DNA of 64,000 nt, taken from positions 46,252,001 through 46,316,000 of the forward strand of contig OZ241832.1 in NCBI GenBank assembly GCA_965202585.1, given 5' to 3'. Below, in pieces: positions 26,173 to 41,900 of the stretch. The DNA comes from Thalia democratica (Eukaryota). The notes beneath the pieces are model-generated. The model was not told where the DNA came from. It saw only the letters and a list, made by a program, of their open reading frames with translations, and did no database searches. The position numbers and the translations under genes were made by a program. Position 1 is the first letter of the stretch; every line of letters begins with the position of its first letter.

Positions 26173-26757
26173 TTATTTCTTGCAGCTCTTCTTGGTACTT
26201 GCCTTCTTAGATGCTTTTTTGGCTGCCGGCTTCTTCTTTGTTACTTTCTTCTTCTTGCTTGCAGCTTTTTTAGATGCTGCCTTCTTAGGAGCACACTTTT
26301 TAGCAGGTCGCTTTTTGGCTGCTGGTTTTTTTGCTGCCTTCTTGGGAGCACACTTCTTCACTCGTTTTTTAGCTGCGGTCTTCTTTACTGCTGGCTTTTT
26401 AGCTACTTTTTTTGTCCTCTTCTTGGGACCAGCAGCTGGCATTGGAGCAAGCTTGAACGAGCCAGAAGCGCCTTTTCCAGTAGTCTGGAGAAAAGCACCC
26501 TTGGTCACGCCGCTGGTAAGTGCTCTCTTCAAGTGAGAATTAGAAGCTGAGAGCTCAAGCTTGTAGGTTTCCGCGATAAACTTTTGTATCTTCTGGCGGG
26601 ATGTACCTTTTCGTTCTTTCATTGCTCCCAGGGCAGAGCTGATCATTTCCCTGTAACTCGGGTGTTCTGCCTTCTTGGCGCTTGGTCTCTTGGAAGACCT
26701 GGCCTTAACTGCGGCCGGTGCCGCTGCTGATGGTGCTGCTACTGCTGTTGTAGACAT
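26173..26757 (-). CDS. H1: Histone H1 (unit 3), T34S variant
   Basis: HPSYREM instead of HPTYREM (g>c at 26657). Confidence 0.96.
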   Translation of the reverse strand: MSTTAVAAPSAAAPAAVKARSSKRPSAKKAEHPSYREMISSALGAMKERKGTSRQKIQKFIAETYKLELSASNSHLKRALTSGVTKGAFLQTTGKGASGSFKLAPMPAAGPKKRTKKVAKKPAVKKTAAKKRVKKCAPKKAAKKPAAKKRPAKKCAPKKAASKKAASKKKKVTKKKPAAKKASKKASTKKSCKK

Positions 26758-28943
26758 TTTGTATGTTGATTAAAGAAAGCAAAACAATACTTTAAGCAGT
26801 TACTGACTGTGACGAATTGACTGTTGAGCAGTTTTGCTTTCTCAGGTACCTTTTACTGATTAATACGAACATTAGCGTGTGAGTTTAAAGCCTGTATGCT
26901 AATAAAAGCAAAGTTGCTTTACTACTAATGTTAAAAATGTTCCAGTGATAAAGAAACAAGACTTAGCCCGATCCAGAAGTGAATTTTTTTTTAAAGGTTA
27001 GCTTTAAAAGTCCAGAAAAACAGTCTAAATGCTACAGCACATCTCTCCATTTAGTGAGATAAACCACAAATGAAACAAATTATACTACTACACACCCGAC
27101 TTAGTTTTCTTAAGCTGAAAGGTTAAAGTAGTAAAGTTTTAGACAAGGACAAGTGTTTTTTTTCATCTCAAGCTCAAGCAAAGTTTTATTATTTTATTTC
27201 CAGCCAGCTTTGTTAACCGTAAAACCCATGAAGTATGTTTAACTTGATTACATTTTAAACTGTGCTGATTTGTAAAAAAAAACCGAAAAATGCACAAGTA
27301 TTCGTTTTGTGTGATTTTACTAGTTATCATTACCTTAAATTTACTCATAATAAAAAGGGTAGTACTAAAAAAATTAATTACACCATCTAATTCAATTTAA
27401 CTACTTAAGTTTTAAGTTTGTTCTTGCACATACTAGTCACTTACCTTCTCAAAAACGCGCTGAACATATAAAAAGTTACAAACACATCAAAAGTTACAAA
27501 CAAAAGTTTAAAAGCAAGTAGGTTTGTTTTAAAAAGTGCCAATAAGTTTATGTAAAAAGAAAGTAGTTACACAGTTAAAAGTATTTAAAATAACTTTTCA
27601 AACTGTTTGTTTTAGTTTTTCAACAACGTTTTATCTGTTATACTCGAAACTGAACTAAGACTTTTCTTTGCAGATTTTACAAATAGATTTGATCGTAACT
27701 TTCCAAAGCAAGATAAAACTGTTTACATTTAAATAAACATCAGTACTGTTCAAAGAATTTTTGCAAGACCAAAATATCAATACGAAGTTATTAAAAAGTT
27801 TCTTATCAATGCTTATTACGAGAAGAAAAGTCTTACGTAAAAAAAGATGTTAGGCTTATTTTTAAAGCAGTATTAAAAAAGAAGCGTTCCTAAACAAAAA
27901 AAAGTTAAAAATCAAACAGTATTGAAGCAATAATCTTTCAAAACTCATTTGAAAACCTTAATGTTTAGATAAACTTTCGTGTACAATCAGTACTTAAAAG
28001 GTTGCAATGTGTTTAACAAAGTAAATGTTTTTTAGAGTAATACAGTTAAAGTTTATTATTCCAAAGTTTGTTTCGTCGTTTCAAAACTAGATAAAACAAA
28101 TTGAAACACCTTCACTACATATTTTGAAGCATCGTCAACTGATCAAAGAAACAAAACTACAATTCGAGTAAAATAAAAATGACTTGACCAAATAATGAAG
28201 CAGTATGATCGAAGAAGTGTATACGTTTTAAGTTAAAGTATGTTTAACTCAATTACAACTGCTCAACTACTAAAAGTAGCTTCTAAGTGTACTAAAAACT
28301 AGATTCACCGCAATGTTCTGCACAATGTAGGCAGTTGACTAAATGTTTTGCTATGATTAATTCTAAAAAGATTGTTAAACCATTACTAGTTATCTCTGAC
28401 TTGGTATTAATGTTAATCCAAGCTCATTATAAACAAGTTATCTTTTGTTCTCAGGTGTTTCGAACACTTCTGTTGTAACAACAGCATTTGAGTTTGTAAA
28501 AACATGACCAATATGTTTTAGTTATTGCTTTGTCTTTTAATTTATGATCTTTTCTTATCTCAAACATGTACATTGCTTAATCACTTATACTATCGTAGAA
28601 CTTGTACAAACAAACTTAAGTAGTGTTAAACTACATATGCTTTTTAGTTTAGCTAATTAGTTATTTTGTATGTAGTATAAAACTAGTTAATTTCTGTCTT
28701 ATAATGTTGCTATGTCGTTACACTGTAATGATATTGTGTACTCTAACAACTAAAAATCAAAGCTGAATAGTTTTATGAAGCTTGAAGCTAAGAAAAAAAT
28801 GTGAAAAGTAAAGACTAGAAAGGCTTAATTTATTTTAATTAGTTAGAACAAAGTGGGCTCTAAACATAAGAAACACTTAAGCTAACATTCTACAAGTTTC
28901 AGACAGCTTATTTGTTTATGATCGCTTTTTTTTGCTGCTAGAC

Positions 28944-29054
28944 GCCTACGACCATACCACACTGAACGCACCCCATCTCGTCCGATCTGGGAAGTTAAGC
29001 AGTGTCTTAGTACTTGATGGGTGACCGCTTGGGAATACCGCGTGCCGTAGGCTT
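28944..29054 (+). rRNA. 5S: 5S rRNA-derived gene, internally deleted (unit 3)
   Basis: Same sequence and deletions as unit 1. Confidence 0.92.
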
Positions 29055-32000
29055 TTCTTTTTGAGCTGTTGTATGTTGGATCAATGATTCATACCGATCA
29101 TATACATTTTTCGTTTATCTTAAACTTATCTTACTTTAAAAAAACATAACTTAAAACAAACAGTTGAAGCAGTTTTGAGTCATCAAGTTGTGTCATACAT
29201 AGTGTTCAATTGAGTTACAAAGCTGTATACTTCTTTTCCTTTGCATAACGTTTCAGCTGTTAGTATTTTTATGTATTGATGTTTTTATTTGAAAAATCCA
29301 TAAGCTACTATGTTCAAAAAAAAAGTCTAGGGTTTGTAAAACGAAAGATTTAATGATGGTTGTACTGAAACTGTATGCTTTTGATTGTCTTTTTTTTGTT
29401 TTGAACAATCACAGTTGTTTACATTTATTTGTTGTATAACTTTGAAACTGTTTTTTATGTTAAGTTTTAAATTGAATTTCAACAAACATGATTAATATAG
29501 CTTTTTTAATTAAACCTCAAATGATCGAGTACTTTAATAATAATACAAAGTTTATTTAAAGTATAAAATAAAAACTAACTGTTTTATTTTAATTTCAAAA
29601 TATAATCGTTACTTATAGTGACGTAGGACAAATTTTTAAAAACAAACTAAGTAGTTATTTAATGAAAAAAAAACAAGTATACAAAGTAAGCGTATATGAG
29701 AATAAGTTTTGTGCAAATAAAGAAGTTTTTAAGAAAAAGCCTACGGACAACACACTGAAGTTAGTTGAAGCTTTTTATGAAACATTCAATTATAACTTAT
29801 TCATAGAACTTGTTCAACGATTTAAACAATACTTTTAAAACATAACTAGCTCCTTTCTCAAAGTAGTTGAAAATGGTCAGATAAAATTACAAAAGCAATT
29901 ATAAGGAGCTCAAAAAGCGTTATGTTTTATTCAACTAGCTCTAACTCTTACTTTTGATCTTTTACCAGCACAAAGTTGTTAAAATTGTACACATATTTTG
30001 TTTAGTTAATGGTAGTTTAATACTGCTTAGTAGACATTAAAAGCTAGTTAAACAAATAGGTAGATTACCATAGATTTATAAAAAAGCATAGTAAAAAAAA
30101 AACTGTTAAAGCCGTTTTAAGCTATCAAATTTTATTATATGTGGCTTAGATAAGTGATATGTACCATGAAAAAGTGATAGAATTAAATGATAACATCCTG
30201 TTACTTCTTTTGTACCAATTGATTTAGTTTGATTTAAATGTTGATGCTTTAACTTGATAAAGCTATAAGCAATGTTAAATCAATTAAACAATGCAATTTT
30301 TTTAAAGTTAAAGACTCGAATTGTTCTTTTTTGTTCATGTTGTATACTTGTTGATGTTGTTTTTTGCTTATGTTTTTTATGAGTTTTAAATTGCAATGCA
30401 TGTTTTCAATTGTGTTTTAGTTGAAGTTTGAAGTTTTCTGAAACAAGATCAAATAAAGCTGTGAACAATTTGAGTTCAATAAAACAGTTTTAAGCTTTGT
30501 AAAAAGATTTTGGTCGTGTTACTTCATGATTGTTGTACTGAGATCGCAAGTTTGTTAATGGTTTTCATTTTGACTTGAACATCTACTGTTGTTTACACAT
30601 GTATATTTTACAACTCTAAACTGTTTTATATAGTTTGAAATACATGCAATAAATAGTAATAAAAAATTCTAGAAGCTATTGATGAGATTTTTTTATAATA
30701 AACAAACTTAAGCTTATTTTGTTACAATTTAATGTATTATTTTCATTTAAAAATATAACATTTTTTTACGATGACGTAGAATTTTTTTTTTTAGATAAAC
30801 TAAATATTTGTTAGATATTGCAAAAAGAAGTAAACAAAGTAAGCATAGTGGGAATAAGTATTGTTTGAAAAAATAACTTAACGAGAAAATCCTATGGACA
30901 CAAAAATCAAGTTAGTTAATGCTTTTTGCAAAAGTTTAATTACATGTAGCGTAAGAGACTTAAGCGATGCATTTTAATTGCAACTAGCTCCATCCTCACA
31001 AGTAGTTTAAAATGTCATGTAAGAGAACCAAAACAATTGTAAGTACAACAAAGTGACTAAAAAATAAAACATAAAAGTAAAACTTTAAGTAAAGTGTGTT
31101 ATACAAACATTCTATATGAACTTTTACCTTGCTTTTGGGCTTTCACCAGCACAAGGAACATTAAGTTTGGTACATTTTTGTCGTTTAGTTAGAGATTGTT
31201 TAACACTGCTTAGTGGGCATTAGTAAACAGTTAAATTAAGTGGTTGTCCTGATAACTTTACATTTATAACAAAAATAACTAATGACAAACTGTTTAAGTC
31301 GTTTTAAGTCATCAAGTTGTCTCACATGTAGTTGTAACAAGTAACACAAATGAATGGTAAGAAGCTGTTACTTCTTTTCCTGTGTACCATGTTTCAGCTA
31401 ATGAATTGGTTTGTTTCATATGTTTGAATAGTTAAGCAACCTAATAAATAGAAGTCGTCTTTGGAAAATTATAGTTTTAGGTATATACTTTCATCATTTA
31501 TTTAAGCTGTTTTTGTTTAGGTCAATTGTGTGCTTGTTGATAGTATTATGTTTCTTTTGAACAATCGATGTTGTTTACATTTATGTATTGTAATGTATGA
31601 ATTTTGAATAGCTATGCATGTTTTTGATTGTAATTGAACAATACTTTTATGGAACGTTAACATTTTTTTTTTGTTGTTAACAGTTGAAAACATTTTCTAT
31701 TAATATTTCAGTGAAGTTTTATTGTTATTATTTTCATTAAAAAATATAACTAGTTTTTACAGTGACGTAGCATAACTTTACTTTAATAAACTAAAAAACA
31801 AATAATTATTGAATGATAAACGAACAAAAGTCCACAAAATAAGCATGAATAAGAATGAGTTCCTTGATTAAATGAGATAACAAGAAAAAGACCACGAAAA
31901 ACACGTTCAAGTTAGTTAAAGATTTTCACTAAGCATTCAAGTACCTTAAGCAATGAGTTAAGGATTAGAGCAGTGATCACACTAGTTTCCTTCGTAAAAG

Positions 32001-33894
32001 TTACATCAAAAACAAAGTAAAAGTGGAGAAATCATAGCAAGCTTAACTATTTAACTAACAATGGAAAGCGATAAAATATAAATTTAAAGTGAGATGTGGT
32101 GTTCTTGGATCGTTTATAAGCATAAAGTGGATTAAGAATGAAATTGTGTGAGTTTAGTAGACATTAGCAGCTTGTATAACTGATTGGTGGTGCACGTAAG
32201 CTTTAGACTTATGGAAAGAATGATTACAGTAGTTTTTATTTGTGTCATGTACAGCCTAAAAACGAGATACAAAAAATGGTAACAACTTTTTTTCTTTGTA
32301 TCATGTTTTTATGTGTAGTTGTTTTTATTTGATAAAGCCACTAACAATTTGAGTTGAACACACCATCCTAAGGTTAATACAAATATTTCAACAGTACTGT
32401 TAAATTGTTGTTATACTTAAATTGAATGTTTGTTTGAAAAAACGCTGTTTTTTACATAAATGAATTGTACAACTTTTAATAACTTTTTAACGGTTTCAGT
32501 TGCATTCTTATTAACAAGATTAATACATTTTGAAAATAAAATCCAAGTTTAGTTGCTGTAATTGAGTCAAGTAAGTATATATTATTGCAAAGTTAAGTTT
32601 TTCTCTCATTGTAATTGAATGTATTATTTTCATTCAAACTTTTATTTTTACTTTTAAGTGACATAGCACTATTTCTTTTAATAAACAAAATTCAAATTTT
32701 TTTAAATGTTTGAAAAACAAGTCCACAAAGTAGAATGAATCAAAACAAGTTTTGTTTAAACAAGAAAATGCCTATGGAAATTTTTACCTAACACTTAGAT
32801 ACTAAATATTATTCCACAGTTTAAGCAATGATTTCAAACATAACTAGCTCTTTCTCAAAAAGAGTTTCATCAAGTAAAAGTAAAAAAAAAACTATAGTAA
32901 GTGTAACTAAGTGGTAAGACAGGAAAACAGGGATATTATCACTCATAAGTAAACTGTATTATCCAAGTATACTAACTGTTAATCCACCAACACAATGTAG
33001 ATTAAGGTTTGTACATTTTGTCGTTTTATTAAGGCTTGTTTGACACAGTTTAGAGACTCTAGTAGCTGGTTAAATCAATTGGTTGTCCTGATTACTTTAG
33101 ATTTAAGGCAAATATAAACTAAACTAAAGCATTATAGTTGTTTTAGGTCATCAAGTTGTATCATATCTAGTTTTTACCTTAAAATATATGAAACAAGTGG
33201 TACAAGCTGTTACTTTTTTTCTTTTGTACCATGTTTCAGCTAATGAATTGACTTGTTTCATATGGTGGCGTTTTAACTTGACAATATATCTAAACAAGCT
33301 AAGTTTATGTTAGCTTTGTAAGAAAGAATAATTAACTGTACTTGAAAATCACACTTGTTATTTTTGTTCTGAACTTTTACTTCCATTTTTGTACTTTCAA
33401 AAACGTGTTCCACGGTTTCAATCGCATTCAAAATGTTAAGAAGAACACACTTGAAAAGTTATAGCTCATTGTGTTACTTACAAACAACAAAAACTTAAAA
33501 AGATAATTTAAGTTGTTTTTTTTTTGTTATAAGTTGAACATAAAGTTTTTTTAAAAACGAATACACTTACTTACTGAATGTTTTAACAGAAGTTCAACAA
33601 ATGAATAAGAAGTAGTTTTCTTTATAAAAAATGTTAAGAAGAAAATAACTTACGGACAATATATTCAAGTTAGTTAAACCTTTTTTGCAAATATTTTTAT
33701 TGCTACTACTATTTTTTTCATGTTAGATTTATTCCATAATGTAAGAGTTGAGTAGGACAAAATAGTTTGTCTTTTTATTTGTATAAATATCAATATGTTG
33801 GTATTACTGTTAAAGCAAATTTTACTTACAAGTAGTTATCTAATAGCTGGTTTTATTCAAATGGTGGTCCTAAAAAGGACCGGTTGTTGAGCAT

Positions 33895-34254
33895 TTATTT
33901 TGAGCTGGTGTATTTGGTAACAGCTTTAGTTCCTTCTGAAACTGCGTGCTTTGACAACTCGCCGGGGAGCAAGAGCCTGACAGCAGTTTGAATTTCGCGG
34001 CTGCTCACAGTTGACCTCTTGTTGTAATGAGCCAAACGTGAAGCCTCTGCTGCAATGCGCTCGAAGATGTCGTTGACAAAAGAGTTCATGATTCCCATCG
34101 CCTTGCTGGAGATTCCGGTGTCGGGGTGCACTTGCTTCAAAACTTTGTACACGTAAATGCCAAAGCTTTGTTTGTGCCTCCTCCTTCGCTTCTTCTTGCC
34201 GTCGACCGGAGTGGTCTTGGCTACTGATTTCTTCGCGCCTTTGGTAGCTGTCAT
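33895..34254 (-). CDS. H2B: Histone H2B (unit 4)
   Basis: Protein identical to unit 1. Confidence 0.97.
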   Translation of the reverse strand: MTATKGAKKSVAKTTPVDGKKKRRRRHKQSFGIYVYKVLKQVHPDTGISSKAMGIMNSFVNDIFERIAAEASRLAHYNKRSTVSSREIQTAVRLLLPGELSKHAVSEGTKAVTKYTSSK

Positions 34255-34396
34255 AATGATGAGTGAACTTGAGTCTCGGCGCTGGTATATATACTGAAAA
34301 TTTATGCAAATTAGCAGTTCTGTACGCGAACGACCGCTTCTCTCGTTTGTCGTAAATGTTTTAGGTGGTCCTGAAAAGGACCTGGGATGTTTAAAC

Positions 34397-34777
34397 TTAG
34401 GCGGACTTTTTTGAAGCGGTCTTCTTAGGCAATAATACTGCCTGGATGTTTGGAAGAACACCACCTTGAGCAATAGTGACGCCTCCGAGAAGTTTGTTCA
34501 ACTCTTCGTCGTTGCGGATAGCTAGTTGCAAATGGCGAGGAATGATCCTGCTTTTCTTGTTGTCACGAGCAGCGTTACCGGCAAGCTCGAGCACTTCTGC
34601 GCTCAAGTACTCGAGAACGGCAGCCAGATAAACTGGAGCACCAGCTCCGACTCTTTGGCTGTAGTTGCCAGTGCGCAACAGACGGTGCACGCGACCGACT
34701 GGAAACTGCAGTCCTGCACGAGAAGACCTGCTCTTCGGCTTAGATTTGAGTTTTGATCCTTTACCACGTCCCGACAT
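34397..34777 (-). CDS. H2A: Histone H2A (unit 4)
   Basis: Protein identical to unit 1. Confidence 0.97.
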   Translation of the reverse strand: MSGRGKGSKLKSKPKSRSSRAGLQFPVGRVHRLLRTGNYSQRVGAGAPVYLAAVLEYLSAEVLELAGNAARDNKKSRIIPRHLQLAIRNDEELNKLLGGVTIAQGGVLPNIQAVLLPKKTASKKSA

Positions 34778-34956
34778 GTTGTTGTTCGAATGATTGTGCA
34801 ATGTTACTTGCACAGCTACATATACAACTCAAACCTAACCGCGACGAACGAAAAGCTAATTTGCATAAATCGTAGCTGCTACTTTAATTTGTCAATGGTT
34901 GCAAAATACATTTTATTGATATAGGTGGTCCTAAAAAGGACCGGTTCGCTAATTGT

Positions 34957-35331
<375 letters not shown>

Positions 35332-35453
35332 TTACGACAAAACTCATTTGCATACCAAAAAGAAACATCTTTAATTTACATTATTTCGTTTGGTTTTTGT
35401 CTCATTTTCAAAGTTTAAAGGTGGTCCTGAATAGGACCGGTTTTAGCCAATTC

Positions 35454-35966
<513 letters not shown>

Positions 35967-36047
35967 TTAGTAACACTGTTTACGTTTTAAATTTTGTTTA
36001 TACTTTAATTGAGTGGTCCTGAAAAGGACCTTGGGTAAAAGAACAAC

Positions 36048-36632
36048 TTATTTCTTGCAGCTCTTCTTGGTACTTGCCTTCTTAGATGCTTTTTTGGCTG
36101 CCGGCTTCTTCTTTGTTACTTTCTTCTTCTTGCTTGCAGCTTTTTTAGATGCTGCCTTCTTAGGAGCACACTTTTTAGCAGGTCGCTTTTTGGCTGCTGG
36201 TTTTTTTGCTGCCTTCTTGGGAGCACACTTCTTCACTCGTTTTTTAGCTGCGGTCTTCTTTACTGCTGGCTTTTTAGCTACTTTTTTTGTCCTCTTCTTG
36301 GGACCAGCAGCTGGCATTGGAGCAAGCTTGAACGAGCCAGAAGCGCCTTTTCCAGTAGTCTGGAGAAAAGCACCCTTGGTCACGCCGCTGGTAAGTGCTC
36401 TCTTCAAGTGAGAATTAGAAGCTGAGAGCTCAAGCTTGTAGGTTTCCGCGATAAACTTTTGTATCTTCTGGCGGGATGTACCTTTTCGTTCTTTCATTGC
36501 TCCCAGGGCAGAGCTGATCATTTCCCTGTAAGTCGGGTGTTCTGCCTTCTTGGCGCTTGGTCTCTTGGAAGACCTGGCCTTAACTGCGGCCGGTGCCGCT
36601 GCTGATGGTGCTGCTACTGCTGTTGTAGACAT
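36048..36632 (-). CDS. H1: Histone H1 (unit 4)
   Basis: Protein identical to unit 1. Confidence 0.96.
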   Translation of the reverse strand: MSTTAVAAPSAAAPAAVKARSSKRPSAKKAEHPTYREMISSALGAMKERKGTSRQKIQKFIAETYKLELSASNSHLKRALTSGVTKGAFLQTTGKGASGSFKLAPMPAAGPKKRTKKVAKKPAVKKTAAKKRVKKCAPKKAAKKPAAKKRPAKKCAPKKAASKKAASKKKKVTKKKPAAKKASKKASTKKSCKK

Positions 36633-38817
36633 TTTGTATGTTGATTAAAGAAAGCAAAACAATACTTTCAGCAGTTACTGACTGTGACGAATTGACTGTT
36701 GAGCAGTTTTGCTTTCTCAGGTACCTTTTACTGATTAATACGAACATTAGCGTGTGAGTTTAAAGCCTGTATGCTAATAAAAGCAAAGTTGCTTTACTAC
36801 TAATGTTAAAAATGTTCCAGTGATAAAGAAACAAGACTTAGCCCGATCCAGAAGTGAATTTTTTTTTAAAGGTTAGCTTTAAAAGTCCAGAAAAACAGTC
36901 TAAATGCTACAGCACATCTCTCCATTTAGTGAGATAAACCACAAATGAAACAAATTATACTACTACACACCCGACTTAGTTTTCTTAAGCTGAAAGGTTA
37001 AAGTAGTAAAGTTTTAGACAAGGACAAGTGTTTTTTTTCATCTCAAGCTCAAGCAAAGTTTTATTATTTTATTTCCAGCCAGCTTTGTTAACCGTAAAAC
37101 CCATGAAGTATGTTTAACTTGATTACATTTTAAACTGTGCTGATTTGTAAAAAAAAACCGAAAAATGCACAAGTATTCGTTTTGTGTGATTTTACTAGTT
37201 ATCATTACCTTAAATTTACTCATAATAAAAAGGGTAGTACTAAAAAAATTAATTACACCATCTAATTCAATTTAACTACTTAAGTTTTAAGTTTGTTCTT
37301 GCACATACTAGTCACTTACCTTCTCAAAAACGCGCTGAACATATAAAAAGTTACAAACACATCAAAAGTTACAAACAAAAGTTTAAAAGCAAGTAGGTTT
37401 GTTTTAAAAAGTGCCAATAAGTTTATGTAAAAAGAAAGTAGTTACACAGTTAAAAGTATTTAAAATAACTTTTCAAACTGTTTGTTTTAGTTTTTCAACA
37501 ACGTTTTATCTGTTATACTCGAAACTGAACTAAGACTTTTCTTTGCAGATTTTACAAATAGATTTGATCGTAACTTTCCAAAGCAAGATAAAACTGTTTA
37601 CATTTAAATAAACATCAGTACTGTTCAAAGAATTTTTGCAAGACCAAAATATCAATACGAAGTTATTAAAAAGTTTCTTATCAATGCTTATTACGAGAAG
37701 AAAAGTCTTACGTAAAAAAAGATGTTAGGCTTATTTTTAAAGCATATTAAAAAAGAAGCGTTCCTAAACAAAAAAAAGTTAAAAATCAAACAGTATTGAA
37801 GCAATAATCTTTCAAAACTCATTTGAAAACCTTAATGTTTAGATAAACTTTCGTGTACAATCAGTACTTAAAAGGTTGCAATGTGTTTAACAAAGTAAAT
37901 GTTTTTTAGAGTAATACAGTTAAAGTTTATTATTCCAAAGTTTGTTTCGTCGTTTCAAAACTAGATAAAACAAATTGAAACACCTTCACTACATATTTTG
38001 AAGCATCGTCAACTGATCAAAGAAACAAAACTACAATTCGAGTAAAATAAAAATGACTTGACCAAATAATGAAGCAGTATGATCGAAGAAGTGTATACGT
38101 TTTAAGTTAAAGTATGTTTAACTCAATTACAACTGCTCAACTACTAAAAGTAGCTTCTAAGTGTACTAAAAACTAGATTCACCGCAATGTTCTGCACAAT
38201 GTAGGCAGTTGACTAAATGTTTTGCTATGATTAATTCTAAAAAGATTGTTAAACCATTACTAGTTATCTCTGACTTGGTATTAATGTTAATCCAAGCTCA
38301 TTATAAACAAGTTATCTTTTGTTCTCAGGTGTTTCGAACACTTCTGTTGTAACAACAGCATTTGAGTTTGTAAAAACATGACCAATATGTTTTAGTTATT
38401 GCTTTGTCTTTTAATTTATGATCTTTTCTTATCTCAAACATGTACATTGCTTAATCACTTATACTATCGTAGAACTTGTACAAACAAACTTAAGTAGTGT
38501 TAAACTACATATGCTTTTTAGTTTAGCTAATTAGTTATTTTGTATGTAGTATAAAACTAGTTAATTTCTGTCTTATAATGTTGCTATGTCGTTACACTGT
38601 AATGATATTGTGTACTCTAACAACTAAAAATCAAAGCTGAATAGTTTTATGAAGCTTGAAGCTAAGAAAAAAATGTGAAAAGTAAAGACTAGAAAGGCTT
38701 AATTTATTTTAATTAGTTAGAACAAAGTGGGCTCTAAACATAAGAAACACTTAAGCTAACATTCTACAAGTTTCAGACAGCTTATTTGTTTATGATCGCT
38801 TTTTTTTGCTGCTAGAC

Positions 38818-38928
38818 GCCTACGACCATACCACACTGAACGCACCCCATCTCGTCCGATCTGGGAAGTTAAGCAGTGTCTTAGTACTTGATGGGTGACC
38901 GCTTGGGAATACCGCGTGCCGTAGGCTT
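38818..38928 (+). rRNA. 5S: 5S rRNA-derived gene, internally deleted (unit 4)
   Basis: Same sequence and deletions as unit 1. Confidence 0.92.
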
Positions 38929-41900
38929 TTCTTTTTGAGCTGTTGTATGTTGGATCAATGATTCATACCGATCATATACATTTTTCGTTTATCTTAAACT
39001 TATCTTACTTTAAAAAAACATAACTTAAAACAAACAGTTGAAGCAGTTTTGAGTCATCAAGTTGTGTCATACATAGTGTTCAATTGAGTTACAAAGCTGT
39101 ATACTTCTTTTCCTTTGCATAACGTTTCAGCTGTTAGTATTTTTATGTATTGATGTTTTTATTTGAAAAATCCATAAGCTACTATGTTCAAAAAAAAAGT
39201 CTAGGGTTTGTAAAACGAAAGATTTAATGATGGTTGTACTGAAACTGTATGCTTTTGATTGTCTTTTTTTTGTTTTGAACAATCACAGTTGTTTACATTT
39301 ATTTGTTGTATAACTTTGAAACTGTTTTTTATGTTAAGTTTTAAATTGAATTTCAACAAACATGATTAATATAGCTTTTTTAATTAAACCTCAAATGATC
39401 GAGTACTTTAATAATAATACAAAGTTTATTTAAAGTATAAAATAAAAACTAACTGTTTTATTTTAATTTCAAAATATAATCGTTACTTATAGTGACGTAG
39501 GACAAATTTTTAAAAACAAACTAAGTAGTTATTTAATGAAAAAAAAACAAGTATACAAAGTAAGCGTATATGAGAATAAGTTTTGTGCAAATAAAGAAGT
39601 TTTTAAGAAAAAGCCTACGGACAACACACTGAAGTTAGTTGAAGCTTTTTATGAAACATTCAATTATAACTTATTCATAGAACTTGTTCAACGATTTAAA
39701 CAATACTTTTAAAACATAACTAGCTCCTTTCTCAAAGTAGTTGAAAATGGTCAGATAAAATTACAAAAGCAATTATAAGGAGCTCAAAAAGCGTTATGTT
39801 TTATTCAACTAGCTCTAACTCTTACTTTTGATCTTTTACCAGCACAAAGTTGTTAAAATTGTACACATATTTTGTTTAGTTAATGGTAGTTTAATACTGC
39901 TTAGTAGACATTAAAAGCTAGTTAAACAAATAGGTAGATTACCATAGATTTATAAAAAAGCATAGTAAAAAAAAAACTGTTAAAGCCGTTTTAAGCTATC
40001 AAATTTTATTATATGTGGCTTAGATAAGTGATATGTACCATGAAAAAGTGATAGAATTAAATGATAACATCCTGTTACTTCTTTTGTACCAATTGATTTA
40101 GTTTGATTTAAATGTTGATGCTTTAACTTGATAAAGCTATAAGCAATGTTAAATCAATTAAACAATGCAATTTTTTTAAAGTTAAAGACTCGAATTGTTC
40201 TTTTTTGTTCATGTTGTATACTTGTTGATGTTGTTTTTTGCTTATGTTTTTTATGAGTTTTAAATTGCAATGCATGTTTTCAATTGTGTTTTAGTTGAAG
40301 TTTGAAGTTTTCTGAAACAAGATCAAATAAAGCTGTGAACAATTTGAGTTCAATAAAACAGTTTTAAGCTTTGTAAAAAGATTTTGGTCGTGTTACTTCA
40401 TGATTGTTGTACTGAGATCGCAAGTTTGTTAATGGTTTTCATTTTGACTTGAACATCTACTGTTGTTTACACATGTATATTTTACAACTCTAAACTGTTT
40501 TATATAGTTTGAAATACATGCAATAAATAGTAATAAAAAATTCTAGAAGCTATTGATGAGATTTTTTTATAATAAACAAACTTAAGCTTATTTTGTTACA
40601 ATTTAATGTATTATTTTCATTTAAAAATATAACATTTTTTTACGATGACGTAGAATTTTTTTTTTTAGATAAACTAAATATTTGTTAGATATTGCAAAAA
40701 GAAGTAAACAAAGTAAGCATAGTGGGAATAAGTATTGTTTGAAAAAATAACTTAACGAGAAAATCCTATGGACACAAAAATCAAGTTAGTTAATGCTTTT
40801 TGCAAAAGTTTAATTACATGTAGCGTAAGAGACTTAAGCGATGCATTTTAATTGCAACTAGCTCCATCCTCACAAGTAGTTTAAAATGTCATGTAAGAGA
40901 ACCAAAACAATTGTAAGTACAACAAAGTGACTAAAAAATAAAACATAAAAGTAAAACTTTAAGTAAAGTGTGTTATACAAACATTCTATATGAACTTTTA
41001 CCTTGCTTTTGGGCTTTCACCAGCACAAGGAACATTAAGTTTGGTACATTTTTGTCGTTTAGTTAGAGATTGTTTAACACTGCTTAGTGGGCATTAGTAA
41101 ACAGTTAAATTAAGTGGTTGTCCTGATAACTTTACATTTATAACAAAAATAACTAATGACAAACTGTTTAAGTCGTTTTAAGTCATCAAGTTGTCTCACA
41201 TGTAGTTGTAACAAGTAACACAAATGAATGGTAAGAAGCTGTTACTTCTTTTCCTGTGTACCATGTTTCAGCTAATGAATTGGTTTGTTTCATATGTTTG
41301 AATAGTTAAGCAACCTAATAAATAGAAGTCGTCTTTGGAAAATTATAGTTTTAGGTATATACTTTCATCATTTATTTAAGCTGTTTTTGTTTAGGTCAAT
41401 TGTGTGCTTGTTGATAGTATTATGTTTCTTTTGAACAATCGATGTTGTTTACATTTATGTATTGTAATGTATGAATTTTGAATAGCTATGCATGTTTTTG
41501 ATTGTAATTGAACAATACTTTTATGGAACGTTAACATTTTTTTTTTGTTGTTAACAGTTGAAAACATTTTCTATTAATATTTCAGTGAAGTTTTATTGTT
41601 ATTATTTTCATTAAAAAATATAACTAGTTTTTACAGTGACGTAGCATAACTTTACTTTAATAAACTAAAAAACAAATAATTATTGAATGATAAACGAACA
41701 AAAGTCCACAAAATAAGCATGAATAAGAATGAGTTCCTTGATTAAATGAGATAACAAGAAAAAGACCACGAAAAACACGTTCAAGTTAGTTAAAGATTTT
41801 CACTAAGCATTCAAGTACCTTAAGCAATGAGTTAAGGATTAGAGCAGTGATCACACTAGTTTCCTTCGTAAAAGTTACATCAAAAACAAAGTAAAAGTGG

